DNA from: Mobula hypostoma
Lineage: Eukaryota
Assembly: GCF_963921235.1 (NCBI RefSeq)
Contig: NC_086097.1
Span: 121,894,001-121,958,000 of the forward strand
Direction of reading: 5' to 3'
DNA: 64,000 bases
This document shows, piece after piece, positions 12,561 through 26,500 of this stretch. The notes beneath the pieces were generated by a model that worked only from the letters and a program-made list of their open reading frames with translations, searched no databases and was not told the origin of the DNA. The first letter of the stretch is position 1; the number at the start of each line of letters is the position of its first letter. The translations under genes and the position numbers were made by a program.

Positions 12561-13429
12561 AGATTCAATTGTCTGAAGCATTGTATGAAGGCAGTTCATT
12601 ATCTGCACTCGTGTCTGCACTGATTTTGCTGATTTACAGATAATAAAAGGAACAGGGCAGCATACAATGGATGAGTTCTGTTGATAATTATTAGGAACTA
12701 ATACGATTTTATTGTACGGGTAATATTGGTAGTGTTCTAATCTGTACTGTATTTCATTTAAATACATAATTTGTTACTCATTGTCTTTTCAATACCTCTT
12801 CAAACAGTTCCATGAAGCTTTGGCTAATTGGGGTAGTCGCTTAGTTGATCCAAAAGGTACTAGTCCCAATGTGTCCCAATTAACTAGATCTACTGTACAT
12901 GTCCTGAACAAATGTATATAACTTCACTCACCTCTACTCTGAACTGAATCCACAACCTACAAACTTACTTACAAATACTCTACAATTCATTTTCTCAGAA
13001 TCCTTTCTATTTTGCACAATTTGTCTTTCTCTTGCACATTGTTTACTTGACCATCTTTGTTTATTTATAGTTTTTTTCATACATACTATTGTATTTATTT
13101 ATCCTGTAAATGCCTGCAAGAAAATGAATCCCACGCTGGTACATACTAACATACAAAAAATTTACGGTGACTTCCTTGAGTGTTCTGTAATCGCACAATC
13201 CAGGAATGATAAATCCACAGCTCGGGGGGTGGGGGCTGATTGTTAGTAGGCAAAATAAACCAAACAGGCAGACAATTCAGGAGACCCTCGAGGGTATCTT
13301 GTTCTCTAACCCATGTTTACTTCTGAGTACTATGGACAGCGGCCAGTCAGAACTAGAGCATCACAGATGGTTCTGCTGTACAGGCAGAGAGGAAATGATT
13401 AGGAAACTAATAATTTCAGATGGTTCTAT

Positions 13430-16400
13430 ATTTCTTTCTGTCTTGTTTCGTCCTCAGGAGTGGTAATGGAACTATTGCTATAAGAAGTCATTTCTGTATG
13501 ACTCATGGAGAGACTTGTCACTGAGAGCCTAGAATGAACTCCAACTTCTCTGTAGCTGCACAGATACCAGAAGCCTGCCTCAAGTCCCTGCCTTCTGCTG
13601 ATGTCCTCCACATTCCACGTTTGAGTGTGTTGCATTGTGATATGCAAGGAGGAGATTGGCGAGCTTCTGATTCAGTGTCAGTGTAGAGTGTTCTGCTGAC
13701 GTTGCTCGCAGTGCATTGTTCAGACTCCGGACAAAATTCTCCACCAAGTCATTTGTGACTGGTACAGTGCAGATGTAATATGTCTTATTCCATTCATTTT
13801 CAGGAATGACTGAAAGTGTTCCACAACAAACTTGTGATCGTCAATGACTAAGTGTTCTGGAACACCAGTCCTTGAGAAGAGGCTTCTCAACACATCAACA
13901 GTGTGTGAAGATGTAGTGGAGGTTATTGGGGACACTTCTGGCCATACTGTGGCTGTATCGACTACCACCATGAAATTTGTGCCCATGAATGGTCTGACAA
14001 AATTCACATGAATCCTCTGCCGGGCAATGCAGGCCATTCCCAGGGATAGAGAGGCGCTGCTGTTGGCACTATCTGGATGTGTTGGCATCCCAAACAGTGC
14101 ATGCAAGCTTATCAATCTGCTGATCTATCCCAAGCTGCCAGACAAAGCTCCTACCCAATGCTTTCATTTTGACCATGCCTAAATAACCGGCAAGTAGATA
14201 TTCCAACATTTTAGCTGTCAGCTAAGATGGTAAATAACTCTCAATCTCCACATAAGGTAACACTCGTCAAGGGCAAATTCATGTGGGCTGTGGTAAAAAT
14301 GGGGTAACTGAGATTTCAGCTGCACATTTTAGCCATTTTGGTTTGCCATATAGACCTGAGACAATATGGCATCTTTTCTGGTTTCTCTTTAGATCATCTC
14401 TGCCATAAAAGGGAGACTTTCGCTTTGCATTAGGGAAAATGCTCATTTGTAAATCAAAAGAAGTGTTTTCATTTGTAAATTTTTCAGGTAATTCCTGATC
14501 CATGGGTAAATGGAACAATCAATCAGGATTTCCATGATTGGATGTCCTTTCGAATTTGATCTTGTAATTGTGTCCTCCAAGAAAAACAGCCCATCTCTGC
14601 ATTTGCGCTGCTGTGGTTAGTGGAACACCCTTCTGTGGATAAAAAACGGACGCTTGGGGTTGATGATCAGTAATGAGAGTAAACTCTCCCCCATACAAGT
14701 ACTGGTTGAAATGTTTTACACCCCAAACCATTGGCCAGTTACCCCAACCTCAATGGTTGGGAAAGTGTTGGATGGAGTCTATTATTAAGGATGAGGTTTT
14801 GAAGTATTTGGAGACTAATGATAAAATAAGTCAAATTCAGCATGGTTTCTGTGAAGGGAAATCATGCCTGACAAATCTTTTAGAGTTCTTCAAAATGTAA
14901 CAAACAGGATGGACAAAGGAGAGGCAATGGATATCATTTACTTGGATTTTCAGAAGGCACTTGATAAGATGCCACAGATGAGGCTGCTTAACAAGATAAA
15001 ATCCTATGGCTTTACAGAAAATATAATGGCATTGATAGTGGAAAGGCTGACAGGCAGGAGGCAGCAAATGGGAATAAAAGGGGCCTTTTCGGGTCAGTTT
15101 TCAGAGAGTAGTTGTGTTCTTGGGGGTCAGTATGGGGACCACTGTTTTTCACATTGTTTGTTAATGATTCAGATAAAGGAATTGATGACTTTGTGGCAAA
15201 GTTTGTGGATGATACAAACATAGGTAGCACTGAGGAAGCTATGCAATTGCAGTAGGACTTAGACAAATTGGAAGAATTAGAAAAAAAGTGAGAAAGAGTG
15301 AGAAAAATAGTGTTGGAAAATGCATTTTGGTGAAAGGAAAAATAATGCGGACTGTTACCTAAATGAGGAGAAGGTTCAAACGTCAGAGATGTAGAGGGAC
15401 TTAGGAGTCCTCATGCCAGACTCCCAGAAGGTTAATTTACAAGCTGAGTCTGTAGTAAAGAAGGCAAATGCAACGTTGCCATTTATTTCAAGGGGAATAA
15501 AATATAAAAACAACGAGATAATACTGAGCCTTTATAAGACACTAGTCAGGCTGCACTTGGAGTACTGTCAACAGTTTTGGGCCCCATATCTCAGAAAGGG
15601 TGTGTTGTCATTGGAGAGAGTCCAGAGGAGGTTCACGAGGGTGATTCCGGGAATGAAGAGGTTAACGTATTGAGAGTGTTTGGCAGTTTTGGGTCTGTAC
15701 TCACTGGAATTTAGAAGAATGTGGGGGGAGGGATCTCACTGAAACGTACTGAATGTTGAAAGGATGGGATAGGGTAGATGTGGAGAGGATGTTTCCTGTG
15801 GTGGGGTGTCCAGAACTAGATGGCACAGACTCCAAATTCAGGGGCGACCCTTTAGAACAGAGAGTAGTAAACCTGTGGAATGCTCTGCCACAAACTGCAG
15901 TGGAGGCCAAGTCTATGTGTATATTTAAGGTGGAAGTTGATCGTTTCCAGATCTGTCAGAGCATCAAATGATGTGGCGAGAAGACAGGTGTATCGAGTTG
16001 ATTAGGATCCGGGATCAGCCATGATGGAACACGGAAGAGACTCAATGGACTAAATGGCCTAATTCTGCTTCTATGTCTTATGGACAGGGCATCTCTATCA
16101 ACCTGTGGGTAATTTTGCTCTGCAGCAGTAAGGGACTGTGATGCAATGGTTATGAGGCATTCACTTCCATCACTCATAACATGTAACATGACAGTAACTA
16201 TATCATAAGGCGAGGTGTCTCCGACAAGCTTCACTGGCCAATGTGGATTATATTGTGTGAGCAGTGTCTGATGTCACCATGTCTTTAATCTTTTGGAAAT
16301 ATATCTCACACTGCTTTGTCCATTACTATTTCTTCCTGATCTGCGGAAATGATTTCGAACGGTAGAGCACAGTGGAGAAGTTTTGCAGGAACCTATTATA

Positions 16401-18710
16401 GTAATTGACAAATCCTAAAAAGGTCCACAACTATGGACGATTGTGTGGTCTTGGAGCATCCACCACTGTTTGAATTTTCTCAGTACACTTGTGTAAATCT
16501 TGCACATCAGTGGTGTGACTATAGTAAGTGATGCTTGCTTTGAAGACTTCACAATTGTTGAGTTGTGCTCTAATCTTTTTAATGCTGTCTTGAGATGTTA
16601 AATATGTTCTTTGTTGTCCTCACTGGTAACAATGATGTCATCCAGGTAACACTGAGTGCCTGGGCAACCTTGTAGCACTTGGTCCATTCCTTTCTGCAGG
16701 TGCAGATGCTACTCCAAAATTAAGTCTATTATGATGATAAAGCCCTTTGTGGGTGTTCATGGAGAGAAACACTTTGGACTCTTCTTCCAATTCCATCTGT
16801 AGGTAGGCCTCAGCCAAGCTCACTTTGCTGAAATGTTTCCCTCCAAGAAGGTTTGCAAATATATCTACAATCCTGGGTAGAGGGTATTGATCTAGTTTCA
16901 GTTCTGGATTCATGGTGATATTAAAATTACCACAGATCCTGATAGACCCATTCTTCTTGGCTACTGGGACCACTGGTATTGCCCACGGGCTGCACTCAAA
17001 CTTGGAAGTAATTCCCTTAGCGTCCTTGTGATCTAGCTCACTGGCTACTTATTCACAGATAGTATAAGGAACTGGATGGGCTTTGTAAAACTTGGGTGTG
17101 GCATTTTGATTTAACACTATTTTACCGCTGATATATTTGAGTTTTCCAATGCCATCCTTGAACACTGTTGTGGCATCATCCAGTACCTTCCTTAATTCAT
17201 TTTCAATTGACTCTATTGCAGGGGATGTGGCATGCAAATTCTGGATGGATATCCAATCAATTCGTAGTTGTCTCAGCCAATTGCATCCCCACAATGCTGG
17301 CCCTCCTGTTTTTACCACATACAAGCCCAATGTGGCCTGTTGGTTGTTGTATTTCACTGTTACAAATGTCATTCTCAAAAGAGCTATCTTTTTTCTTGTA
17401 TAATTTCTTCATTGAATATCTGCAGGTTTCAGTTTAGTTTCTTTGAAATGCCATTCAAGCTTATTTTGTGGAATGACTGAAACAGCTGAGCCAGTGTCCA
17501 GTTTCATTTTAATTAATTTGCCATTCACTTCTGGTGTAAGGCATGTTGCTTGTCTTTTGATAATTTTCACATTGTAAACCTCAAGACTATTCAGTCCTGT
17601 GTCACTCTCATCGTATTTTTCCTCAAAAGCATGCAGATTATTGCTCTTTTTGAAACTGCAACTTGACTTTTTATCTTTTACTTTTCCCTGTACGGTCCAT
17701 TTATCTTTGTCTGTCCAACACGCTCTTTGTACGTGTCCTAATTCATTGCATTTTCTGCAAGTTTCACCTTTAAACCTGCATTGGTCTGCTGTATGTGAAC
17801 CCCTGCCACAACAATAATATAATTTTTTTGGCCAAGCATTTGTGTTTGGACTTTCTAATTTTGTTCACACTCATTTTCATTCCTGACTGCAATTGCATCT
17901 TTGACTGCTGTTTCCATTGACACAGCGATTTCAACTGCACTTTTAATGTGAGTTGTACTTCAGTTATGAGCCATTTTGAATGCTTTCTTGTAAGATTCCA
18001 CAATCTGAAATTTCTCTCAGTGCATCATTAAGTCCATTGCTGAACTGACAATGCTCAGATGAGCTCTTCAATTCAACCACATAAACTGAAACCTACTCCC
18101 ATTCCTTTTGATTCTGCAATGAACAATGGTTTCAGTTCTAAATATTCCTATATTATATTTACAATACCAGCAAAGCTCTTTTGGCTAGTTTGGAGCAGTC
18201 AAACTTCTGAACAAACTGTATACTCTTCCACCAATTGCACTCAGAAAAACTGACACTTGTTTCTTATCAGTTATTCCACTTGCTTTAAAATACTGCTCAA
18301 TTTATTCAGTACACATCCCCCAGTTATCTGTTGTGCAATTGAATGTGCCTAGCTTTCCAACGTAGCCAGCCATTTCTGCTTTTTTATATATGATTATGAT
18401 CACCTACCTGGTGCTCACTGTTTATAAAACTTTTCCATTTTCCACCTCTATTTTCTTGGCCATCTTTCTGCTTTTGTGAAGGAAAAAATGTGCTGCGCTT
18501 TAAAAAAAAGCAAACATCTCTCTCTCCCTTCCCCCCCGCCTTTCTGAAGAGAGATGTGTTGCACTTTTTTTTAAAATGCGATGGTCTTGCTGAATTTCAA
18601 CAGGTAGGTAGCAATCTCGGTTTCATTATGAGACTACTACTTTGCTACTGTTATGTTTTGTAACTCCAAAACATAAAATTAATTGAAAGAAAAACACAGG
18701 GGCCAGGGAG
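13430..18710 (-). mobile_element. Decayed Gypsy LTR retrotransposon (gag-PR-RT-RH-IN), interrupted by a CR1
   Basis: gag start MAGYVGKLGTF near 18373; double Zn-knuckle near 17720-17815; protease LDTGSAVS near 17490; RT VPVAKKNGSIRICGNF (16638-16973); RNase H LITDHQP (14519-14731); integrase QRIHVNFVRPFMG (13720-14115); partial 5' LTR end near 18648-18710. Confidence 0.9.
14731..16083 (+). mobile_element. 5'-truncated CR1 LINE inserted into the Gypsy RNase H
   Basis: QHGFCEGKSCLTNLLEFF, YLDFQKA, LVRLHLEYCQQFW; tail ctaattctgcttctatgtcttatgg. Gypsy QVDRDAL/VWGVKHF is split across the junctions. Confidence 0.9.
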
Positions 18711-18794
18711 CTAGCTTTGCTGCTGGTGGTTTATTGCTTGTTGTGTTCTGTTTTGTTAGTAATCTGTGTTACTCTGCTGAACATCGGGGGGCTG

Positions 18795-19228
18795 CTCCTC
18801 CACACTACCAAGAATCCTGCCATTTACTTTGTACTCTGCCTTGCAGTTTGTCCTTCCAAATTGTACCACCTCACACTTCTCCGGGTTGAACTCCATCTGC
18901 CACTTCTCAGCCCACTTCTGCATACTATCAATGTGTCTCTACAATCTTCGACAATCCTCTACACTATCCACAACACCACCAACCTTTGTGTCCTTTGCAA
19001 ACTTGTCAACCCACCCTTCTACCCCCACATCCAGGTCATTAATAAAAATCACGAGAAGTACAGGTCCCAGAACCGATGCTTGTGGGACACCACTAGTCAC
19101 AATCCTCCAATTCAAATGGACTCCCTCCACCACGACCCTCTGCTTTCTGCAGGCAATCCAATTCTGAATCCACCTGGCCAAACTTCCCTGGATCCCATGC
19201 CTTCCAACTTTCTGAATAAGCCTACCGT
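18795..19228 (-). mobile_element. CR1 RT internal fragment
   Basis: SGVPQASVLGPVLLVIFINDL...KFAKDTK. Confidence 0.85.
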
Positions 19229-19234
19229 GCAGAT

Positions 19235-19530
19235 TTGGATTAGCTTTTTTTGTCACATGTACATTAATACATCAAAATGTACATTTTTTGCCTCAAAAAC
19301 AAACACAGTCTGAGGATAGTGCAGGAGGAAGCCTGTGTGTGTACTATGCTTCTGGCACCATTATAGCATGCCCATAACTCACTAATCTGTTCGTCTTGGG
19401 AAAGGCGCAGCACCAGGTGAAACCCACATGGTTACAGAGAATATGTACAAACTCCTTATAGACAGTGGCAACAGCTGATCCCCGATTGGTGATCGCTGGT
19501 ACCATAAAACAATTGCGCTAACTGCTACAA
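19235..19530 (-). mobile_element. V-SINE-like tRNA-derived SINE
   Basis: aaacccacatggttacagagaatatgtacaaactcctt V-domain motif; same family as 27900-29540. Confidence 0.6.
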
Positions 19531-20479
19531 TACATTTGTTGTTACTTAGTCTGCTTTCAAAGCATTCCAAACAATCATAAGACAACAAGACCATAAAACA
19601 TGAAAGCAGAATTATGCCATTCAGCCCATTGAGTCTGCTCTGCATTTCATCATGGCTGATTCATTTTCCTCTCAACTTCATTCTCCCCATAACCTTTCAT
19701 GAACCTATCGACTTCCATCAAATACAATGACCTGGCCTCCACAGCCGCCTGTGGCTACAAATTCTACACCTTCTGGCGAAAGAAATTCCTCCCCATCTCT
19801 GTTCTAGGTAAACGTCCCTCTCTTCTGAGGCTGAGCCCTCTGGCTATGGACTTCCCCACTATAGAAACATCCTCTCCACATCCACTCTATCTAGGCCTTT
19901 CAACATCTCCATTTCCAAAGGGATCCTTTCATTAAACATATCTTAACCTAACTCCTTCTCCATTTTCCGCAGGGAATGAAGAAGAAAAACGGAGAATACA
20001 AAAGCATTTCAAAAAGTGTGAGTGAATTAGAAGAAAAAAATTTGGAAGTAAGTTTCTGACAAGAGCAAAAAGCTCCAAGGCAGTGACAGTAAAAGAATTT
20101 CCATTACCTTAATATTAACTGAGTTAATGTGAAATATAGAGCAGACAGAGAATTTCTAAGTAAATAAATTTAAATGAAACTGCAGACGCTGGAAACTCTG
20201 AGCAAATTGGACAGTAACAGTGGAAGGAAAAGAGTAAATATTTCAAGTTCAATACAGTTTCTCTTTCCACAGATGTTGCTTTGCTGATGAGTATTTATAG
20301 GTTTAATTACACAACTCCTAAACTGTTAGAAAAACACTTTTATCCATTGTGCGGTAAGCCTACAAGAGAGGAAGGACTCCCACTATCTAGACCATGCTCT
20401 CATCTTCCAGTTGTCATTGGGAAGGAGGTATGTACAGGAACCTTAGGTCCCACATCATCAGGTTCAGAAACTATTATAC

Positions 20480-21075
20480 TTTATACTTTATTGTCGCCAA
20501 ACAATTGATACTAGAGCGTACAATCATCACAGCCATATTTGATTCTGCTCCTCTTGCTCCCTGGAGTACAAATTGATAGTAAACATAAAAAATTTAAATT
20601 ATAAATCATAAATAGAAAATAGAAAAAGGAAGGTAAGGTGCAAAAAAAATCGAGAGGCATGTCCGGATATTTGGAGGGTACGGCCCAGATCTGGGACAGG
20701 ATCCATTCAGCAGTCTTATCACAGTTGAAAAGAAGCTGTTCCCAAATCTGGCCGTACGCATCTTCAAGCTCCTGAGCCTTCTCCCGGAGGGAAGAAGGAC
20801 AAAAAGTGTGTTGGTTGGGTGGGTCGTGTCCTTGATTATCCTGGCAGCACTGTTCTGACAGCGTGCGGTGTAAAGTGAGTCCAAGGACGGAAGATTGTTT
20901 TGTGTGATGTACTGGGCAGTGTTCACGATCTTCTGCAGCTTCTTCCGGTCTTGGACAGGACAACTTCCATACCAGGTTGTGATGCACCCCAGAAGAATGC
21001 TTTCTACGGTGCATCTATAAAAATTAGTGAGAATTTTAGGGGACAGGCCAAATTTCCTTAGCTTCCTCAGGAAGG
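20480..21075 (-). mobile_element. Rex/Babar LINE 3' end nested antisense in another Rex 3' end (20370-21375, +)
   Basis: FLRKLRKFGLSPKILTNFYRCTVESILLGCITTWYG...LLPSGRRLRS; the host fragment resumes at 21075. Confidence 0.85.
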
Positions 21076-21729
21076 CTCCTGAAACACAGTGGATAACTTC
21101 ACTCACTTCAGCTCTGAACTGATTCCACAGCCTATGGACTCACTTTCAAGGACCCGACAACTCATGTTCGCAGTATTATTTATTTATTTGTCTTTTTCCC
21201 CTCATTTGCCCACTTTGCCTTTTGCACATTGGTTGTCAGTCATTGTGTGAAAATTTTCATTGATTATATTGTATTTCTTTATTCTATTGTGAATTCCTGC
21301 AAAAAAAACCTTAAGGTAGTATGTGGTGCCATGTACATACTTTGATAACATACGTGCTTTAAACTTTGAACTTTAATATGGACCACAATGTAACCATATG
21401 ACAATAAAGTTTATCTGAATTGGCCATGTCATTGTCAGTGAGTAGGAAGACATTAATCTGCTGGAAGAGTCATATAGTGCAGCCTAAATGGCAAATATAA
21501 TTTCCAGAGAAGTTAGGGACAGGGCAGGGGAGGGGTGGAGTAGCACATTTAGAGTGGTGTAACAGATCAAGGGAGTACATAATACATGTTAGAATACAGT
21601 GGATTCCAGTTGATTCTGACATATTGGGACCAGTACATTTTGGCCCAATTAAGCGGCTACTCCAATTAGCCAAAATTTCATGGAAATATTTAAAAAGGTA
21701 TAGAAGAAACAATCTGAGTAAGAAATTCA

Positions 21730-21887
21730 CACTTAGTCTGGCATCTACCCTTTAACCTGTTTGGCATGGGTGATCTTACCAAGAGCCAAAGTGTAAAGCC
21801 TTGACTCCAGCAAGCATAGCTCTCTGGGTTATTGAGTAATGCAAGCCTCCGAACCATGACAAGGTTATGGCCTTTTTGGAGGCCCAA
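21730..21887 (-). mobile_element. Fragment resembling the conserved 5' region of RTE/Expander LINEs
   Basis: Minus strand accttgtcatggttcggaggcttg...gagagctatg...ggtaagatcacccatgccaaacagg resembles Rex3/Expander 5' ends (recall). Confidence 0.5.
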
Positions 21888-22371
21888 TCGTATGACAGCA
21901 CTGTAAACCTGTGTATTAGTTCCTAATAGTTATCAACAGAGGAATTCATCCAGTGTAAACAATGACAGAATTAGTGCAGACACCTAATACGAATAGTGAC
22001 TGTCTTCATACAATGCTATCGATAATTGCATCCTCCAAATCTTCACTTTTATTGTAACATTCAAGGTGATTTCTATACCTTCAAATTCTTCATAGCATCT
22101 AATGTGTTGAAGTAGTGAAATCATTTCATTTTCACGCCTGGCCGTTTCTCTGAGCCTGAATGCTTGAAACCACAGTGAGCAAAACAGTTCTGTATTGTCT
22201 TACTGCTTATATCTCAGCAACTGTCAGTGACAAAAATCTCTGTTTTTTGAACACATACATATGCAACTGACATTATTTAAAAACTGTTCACTCTAAGCAG
22301 GATGTAGTGTGTAACGGTGACACAAGTACACACGACTGACACTAGTTAGAACCTGTTTGGCAACAATTGGT

Positions 22372-23310
22372 AAATTAGATTAGTAAGTATGCAGATGATA
22401 CTAAGATATGTGGTGTTGTGGATGATGAGGTAGGTTTACAAAACTTGCAGAGAGATTTAGGACAGTTAGAAGAGTGGGCTGAAAGATGGCAGATGGAGTT
22501 TAATGCTGAAAAATATGAGGTGCTACATTTTGGTAGAACTAATCAAAATAGGACATACATGGTAAATGGTAGGGCATTAAAGAATGCTTTAGAACAGACG
22601 GATCTAGGAATAATGGTGCATAGTTCCCTGAAGATGGAATCTCATGTGGATAGGGTGGTGAAGAAAGCTTTTGGTTTGCGGGCCTTTATTAATCAGAGCA
22701 TTGAGTATAGGAGTTGGGATGTAATGTTGAATTTGTATAAGGCATTGGTAAGGCCAAATCTGGAATATTGTGTACAGTTCTGGTCACCAAATTATAGGAA
22801 GGGTGTCAATAAAATTGAGAGAGTACAGAGGAGGTTTACTAAAATGTTGCCTGGGTTTCATCTCCTAAGTTACAGAGAAAGGTTGAACAAGTTAGGTCTT
22901 TATTCTTTGGAGTGTAGAAGGTTGAGGGGAGACTTGATAGAGGTGTTTAAAATTATGAGGGGGATTGATAGAGTTGACGTGGTTAGACTTTTTCCATTGA
23001 GAGTGGGGAAGATTCAAACAAGAGGGCATGGGTTGAGAATTAGAGGACAAAAGTTTAGGGGTAACATGAGGGGGAACTTCTTTACTCAGAGAGTGGTAGC
23101 TGTGTGGAACGAGCTTCCAGCAGAAGTGGTTGAGGCAGGTTCTATGTTGTTGTTTAAAGTTAAATTGGATAGATATATGGACAGGAATGGAATGGAGGGC
23201 TATGGGCTGAGTGCAAGTTGGTGGGAATAGGATAGGGTAAGAGTTCAGCACGGACTATAAGGGCCGAGATGGCCTGTTTCCGTGCTGTAATTGTTATATG
23301 GTTATATAAT
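22372..23310 (+). mobile_element. Young 5'-truncated CR1 LINE
   Basis: Uninterrupted 270-aa ORF 22418-23230 (YADD just upstream, LVRPNLEYCVQFWSP); tail taattgttatatggttata. Confidence 0.92.
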
Positions 23311-23509
23311 CTCCTGCTCCAATTAAGCGGAATAGTGTTCTACATAAATAATGGGAATCCCAGCAATTTTCTCAATTAGTTTGTCTTCTTTAGAGATGTC
23401 CCAAATAAGTAGCTGCCCCAATTAACCAAAGTCCCAATTAAACGAAATTGACTGTATTGAGTAGTTGAGTGGTGCAGAGGAATAAAGGGAACTTGCAGTG
23501 TACATCCAC

Positions 23510-26500
23510 ATGTAAAAACATAGATATCCTACAGCACAATACAGGCCCTTCGGCCCACAAAGCTGTGCCGAACGTGTCTTTACCTGAGAAATTATCTAGG
23601 GTTACCCATAGCCCTCTATTTTTCTAAGCTCCATGTACCTATCCAGGAGTCTCCTAAAAAACCCTATTGTATCCGCTTCCACCACCGGCACCGGCAGCCC
23701 ATTCCACACACTCACCACTCTCTGTGTAAAAAAAACTTACCCCTGACGTCTCCTCTGTACCTTCTTCCAAGCACATTAAAACCGTGCCCTCTCCTGCAAG
23801 CCATTTCAGCCCTAGGAAAAAGCCTCTGACTATGCACGCGATCAACACCTCTATCATCTTATACACCTCTGTCAGGTCATCTATCATCCTCTGTCGCTCC
23901 AAGGAGAAAAGACCGAGTTCACTCAACCTTTTCTCAGATGGCATGCTCCCCAATCCAGGCAACATCCTTGTAATTACCCTCTGCACCCTTTCTATGGTTT
24001 CCACATCCTTCCTGTAGTGAGGTGACCAGAACTGAGTACAGTACTCCAAGTGGGGTCTGACCAGGGTCCTATACAGCTGCAACATTACCTTTCGGCTCCT
24101 AAACTCAATCTCACGATTGATGAAGGCCAATGCACGGTATGCCTTCTTAACCACAGAGAACCTGTGCAGCAGTTTTGAGTGTCCTTTGGACTTGGACCCC
24201 AAGATCCCTCTGCTCCTCTACACTGCCAAGAGTCTAACCATTAATACTATATTCTGCCATCATACTTGACCTACCAAAATGAACTGCTTCACACTTATCT
24301 AGGTGGGTTGAACTCCATCCGCCACTTCTCAGCCCAGTTTTGCATCTGTTCTGGGACCCCTACTGTGTGATTTTTGTAAATGACCCGGATGAAGAAGCGG
24401 ACGGATGGGTTAGTAAATTTGTTGATGACACAAAAGTTGGGGGTGTCCTGTTGTAACCTCTGACAGCCTCCACACTATCCGCAACATCCCCAAACTTTGT
24501 GTCATCAGAAAATTTACTAACGCATCCCTCTGCTTCCTCATCCAGGTCATTTATAAAAATCACGGAGTAGGGGTCCTAGAACAGATCCCTGAGGCACACC
24601 GCTGGTCACCAACCTCCATGCAGAATATGACTCATCTACAACCACTCTTTGCCTTCTGTGGGCAAGCCAGTTCTGGATCCACAGAGCAATGTCCCCTTGG
24701 ATCCCATGCCCCCTTACTTTCTCAATAAGCCTTGCATGGGGTACCTTGTCAAATGCCTTGCTAAAATCCATGTACACTACACCTACTGCTCTACCTTCAT
24801 CAATGTGTTTAGTCACATCCTCAGAAAATTCAATCAGACTCATAAGGCACTGCCTGCCTTTGACAAAGCCATGCTGACTACACCTAATCATATTATGCCT
24901 CTCCAAATGTTAATAAATCCTGCCTCTCAGGATCTTCTCCATCAACTTACCAACCACTGAAGTAAGACTCACTTGTCTATAATTTCCTGGGCTATCTCTA
25001 CTCCCTTTCTTGAATAATGGAACAACATCCCAACCCTCCAATCATCCAGAACCTCTCCTGTCCCCATTGATGATGCAAAGATCATCGCCAGAAGCTCAGT
25101 AATCTCCTCCATCACCTCCCACAGTAGCCTGGGGTACGTCTCTTCTGGTCCCGGTGACTTATCGAACTTGATGCTTTCCAAAAGCTCCAGCACATCCTCT
25201 TTCTTAATATCTACATGCTCAAGCTTTTAAGTCCACTGCAAGTCATCCTTACAATCACCAAGATCCTTTTCTGTAGTGAATACTGAAGCAAAGTACTCAT
25301 TAACTACCTCTGCTCTTTCTTCCAGTTCCATACACACTTTTCCACTGTCACACGTGATTGGTCCTATTCTCTCACGTCTTATCCTCTTGCTCTTCACATA
25401 CTTGTAGAATGCCTTGGGGTTTTCCTGAATCCTGTCCACCAAGGCCTTCTCATGGTCTCTTCTGGCTCTCCTAATTTCATTCTTCAGCTCCTTCCTGCTA
25501 GCCTTATAATCTTCTGGATCTCTATCATTACCTAGTATTTTGAACCTTTTGTAAGCTTTTCTTTTCTTCTTGACTAGATTTACAACAGCCTTTGTACACT
25601 ACAGTTCCTGTACCTTACAATTCTTTCCCTGTCTTACTGGAACATACCTATGCAGAACTCCACGCAAATATCCCCTGAACATTTGCCACATTTTTGCCAT
25701 ACATTTCGCTGAGAACATCTGTTCCCAATTTATACTTCCAAGTTTCTGCCTGATAGCCCCGTATTTTCCCTTACTCCAATTAAATGCTTTCCTAACTTGT
25801 CTGTTCCTATCCCTCTCCAATGCTATGATAAAGGAGATAGATCACTATCTCCAGAGTGCTCTCCCACTGAGAGATCTGACACCTGACCAGGTTCATTTCC
25901 CAATACCAGATCAAGTACAGCCTTTCCTCTTGAAGGCTTATCTACATATTGTGTCAAAAAACCTTCTTGAACACACCTAACAAACTCCACTCCATCTAAA
26001 CCCCTTGCTCTAGGGAGATGCCAATTGGTATTTGGGAAATTATAATCTCCCACCACAATAACCCTGTTATTTTTACACCTTTCCAGAATCTGTCTCCCTA
26101 TCTGCTCCTTGATGTCCCTGTTACTATTGGGTGGTCTATAAAAAACATCCAGTAGAGTTATTGACCACTTCCTGTTCCTAACTTCCACCCACAGAGACTC
26201 CAGCCCTCCGTTACTTCCTCCTTTTTTGCAGGCGTGACAATATCTCTGATCAACAATGTCACACCCCACCTCTTTTGCCTCCTTCCCTGTCCTTTCTGAA
26301 ACATCTAAAGTCTGGCACTTGAAGTAGCCATTCCTGCCCCTGGGGCATCCAAGTCTCTGTAATGGCCACCACATCATAGCTCCAAGTACTGATCAATGCT
26401 CTAAGCTCATCCTCTTTGTCCATAATACGCCTTACATTAAAATAGACACATCTGAAACCAACGGTCTGAGCGTGTCCCTTCTCTATCACCTGCCAATCCT

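Larger units (their letters stand above)
12050..12895. mobile_element. Tigger/pogo-type MITE (same family as 21597-23454, opposite orientation), interrupted by a short Penelope 3' fragment
   Basis: Right terminus gtcccaattaactagatctactg+ta; body is reverse-complementary to 21900-22370. Confidence 0.7.
21597..23454. mobile_element. Tigger/pogo-type MITE hosting two insertions
   Basis: TA+CAGTGGATTCCAGTTGATT ... AATTAAACGAAATTGACTG+TA, with internal cccaatta repeats. Confidence 0.75.

Noticed and set aside
22418..23230. Domesticated or novel 270-aa gene
   Set aside because: It is the C-terminus of a young truncated CR1 ORF2, with a close sibling at 57875.
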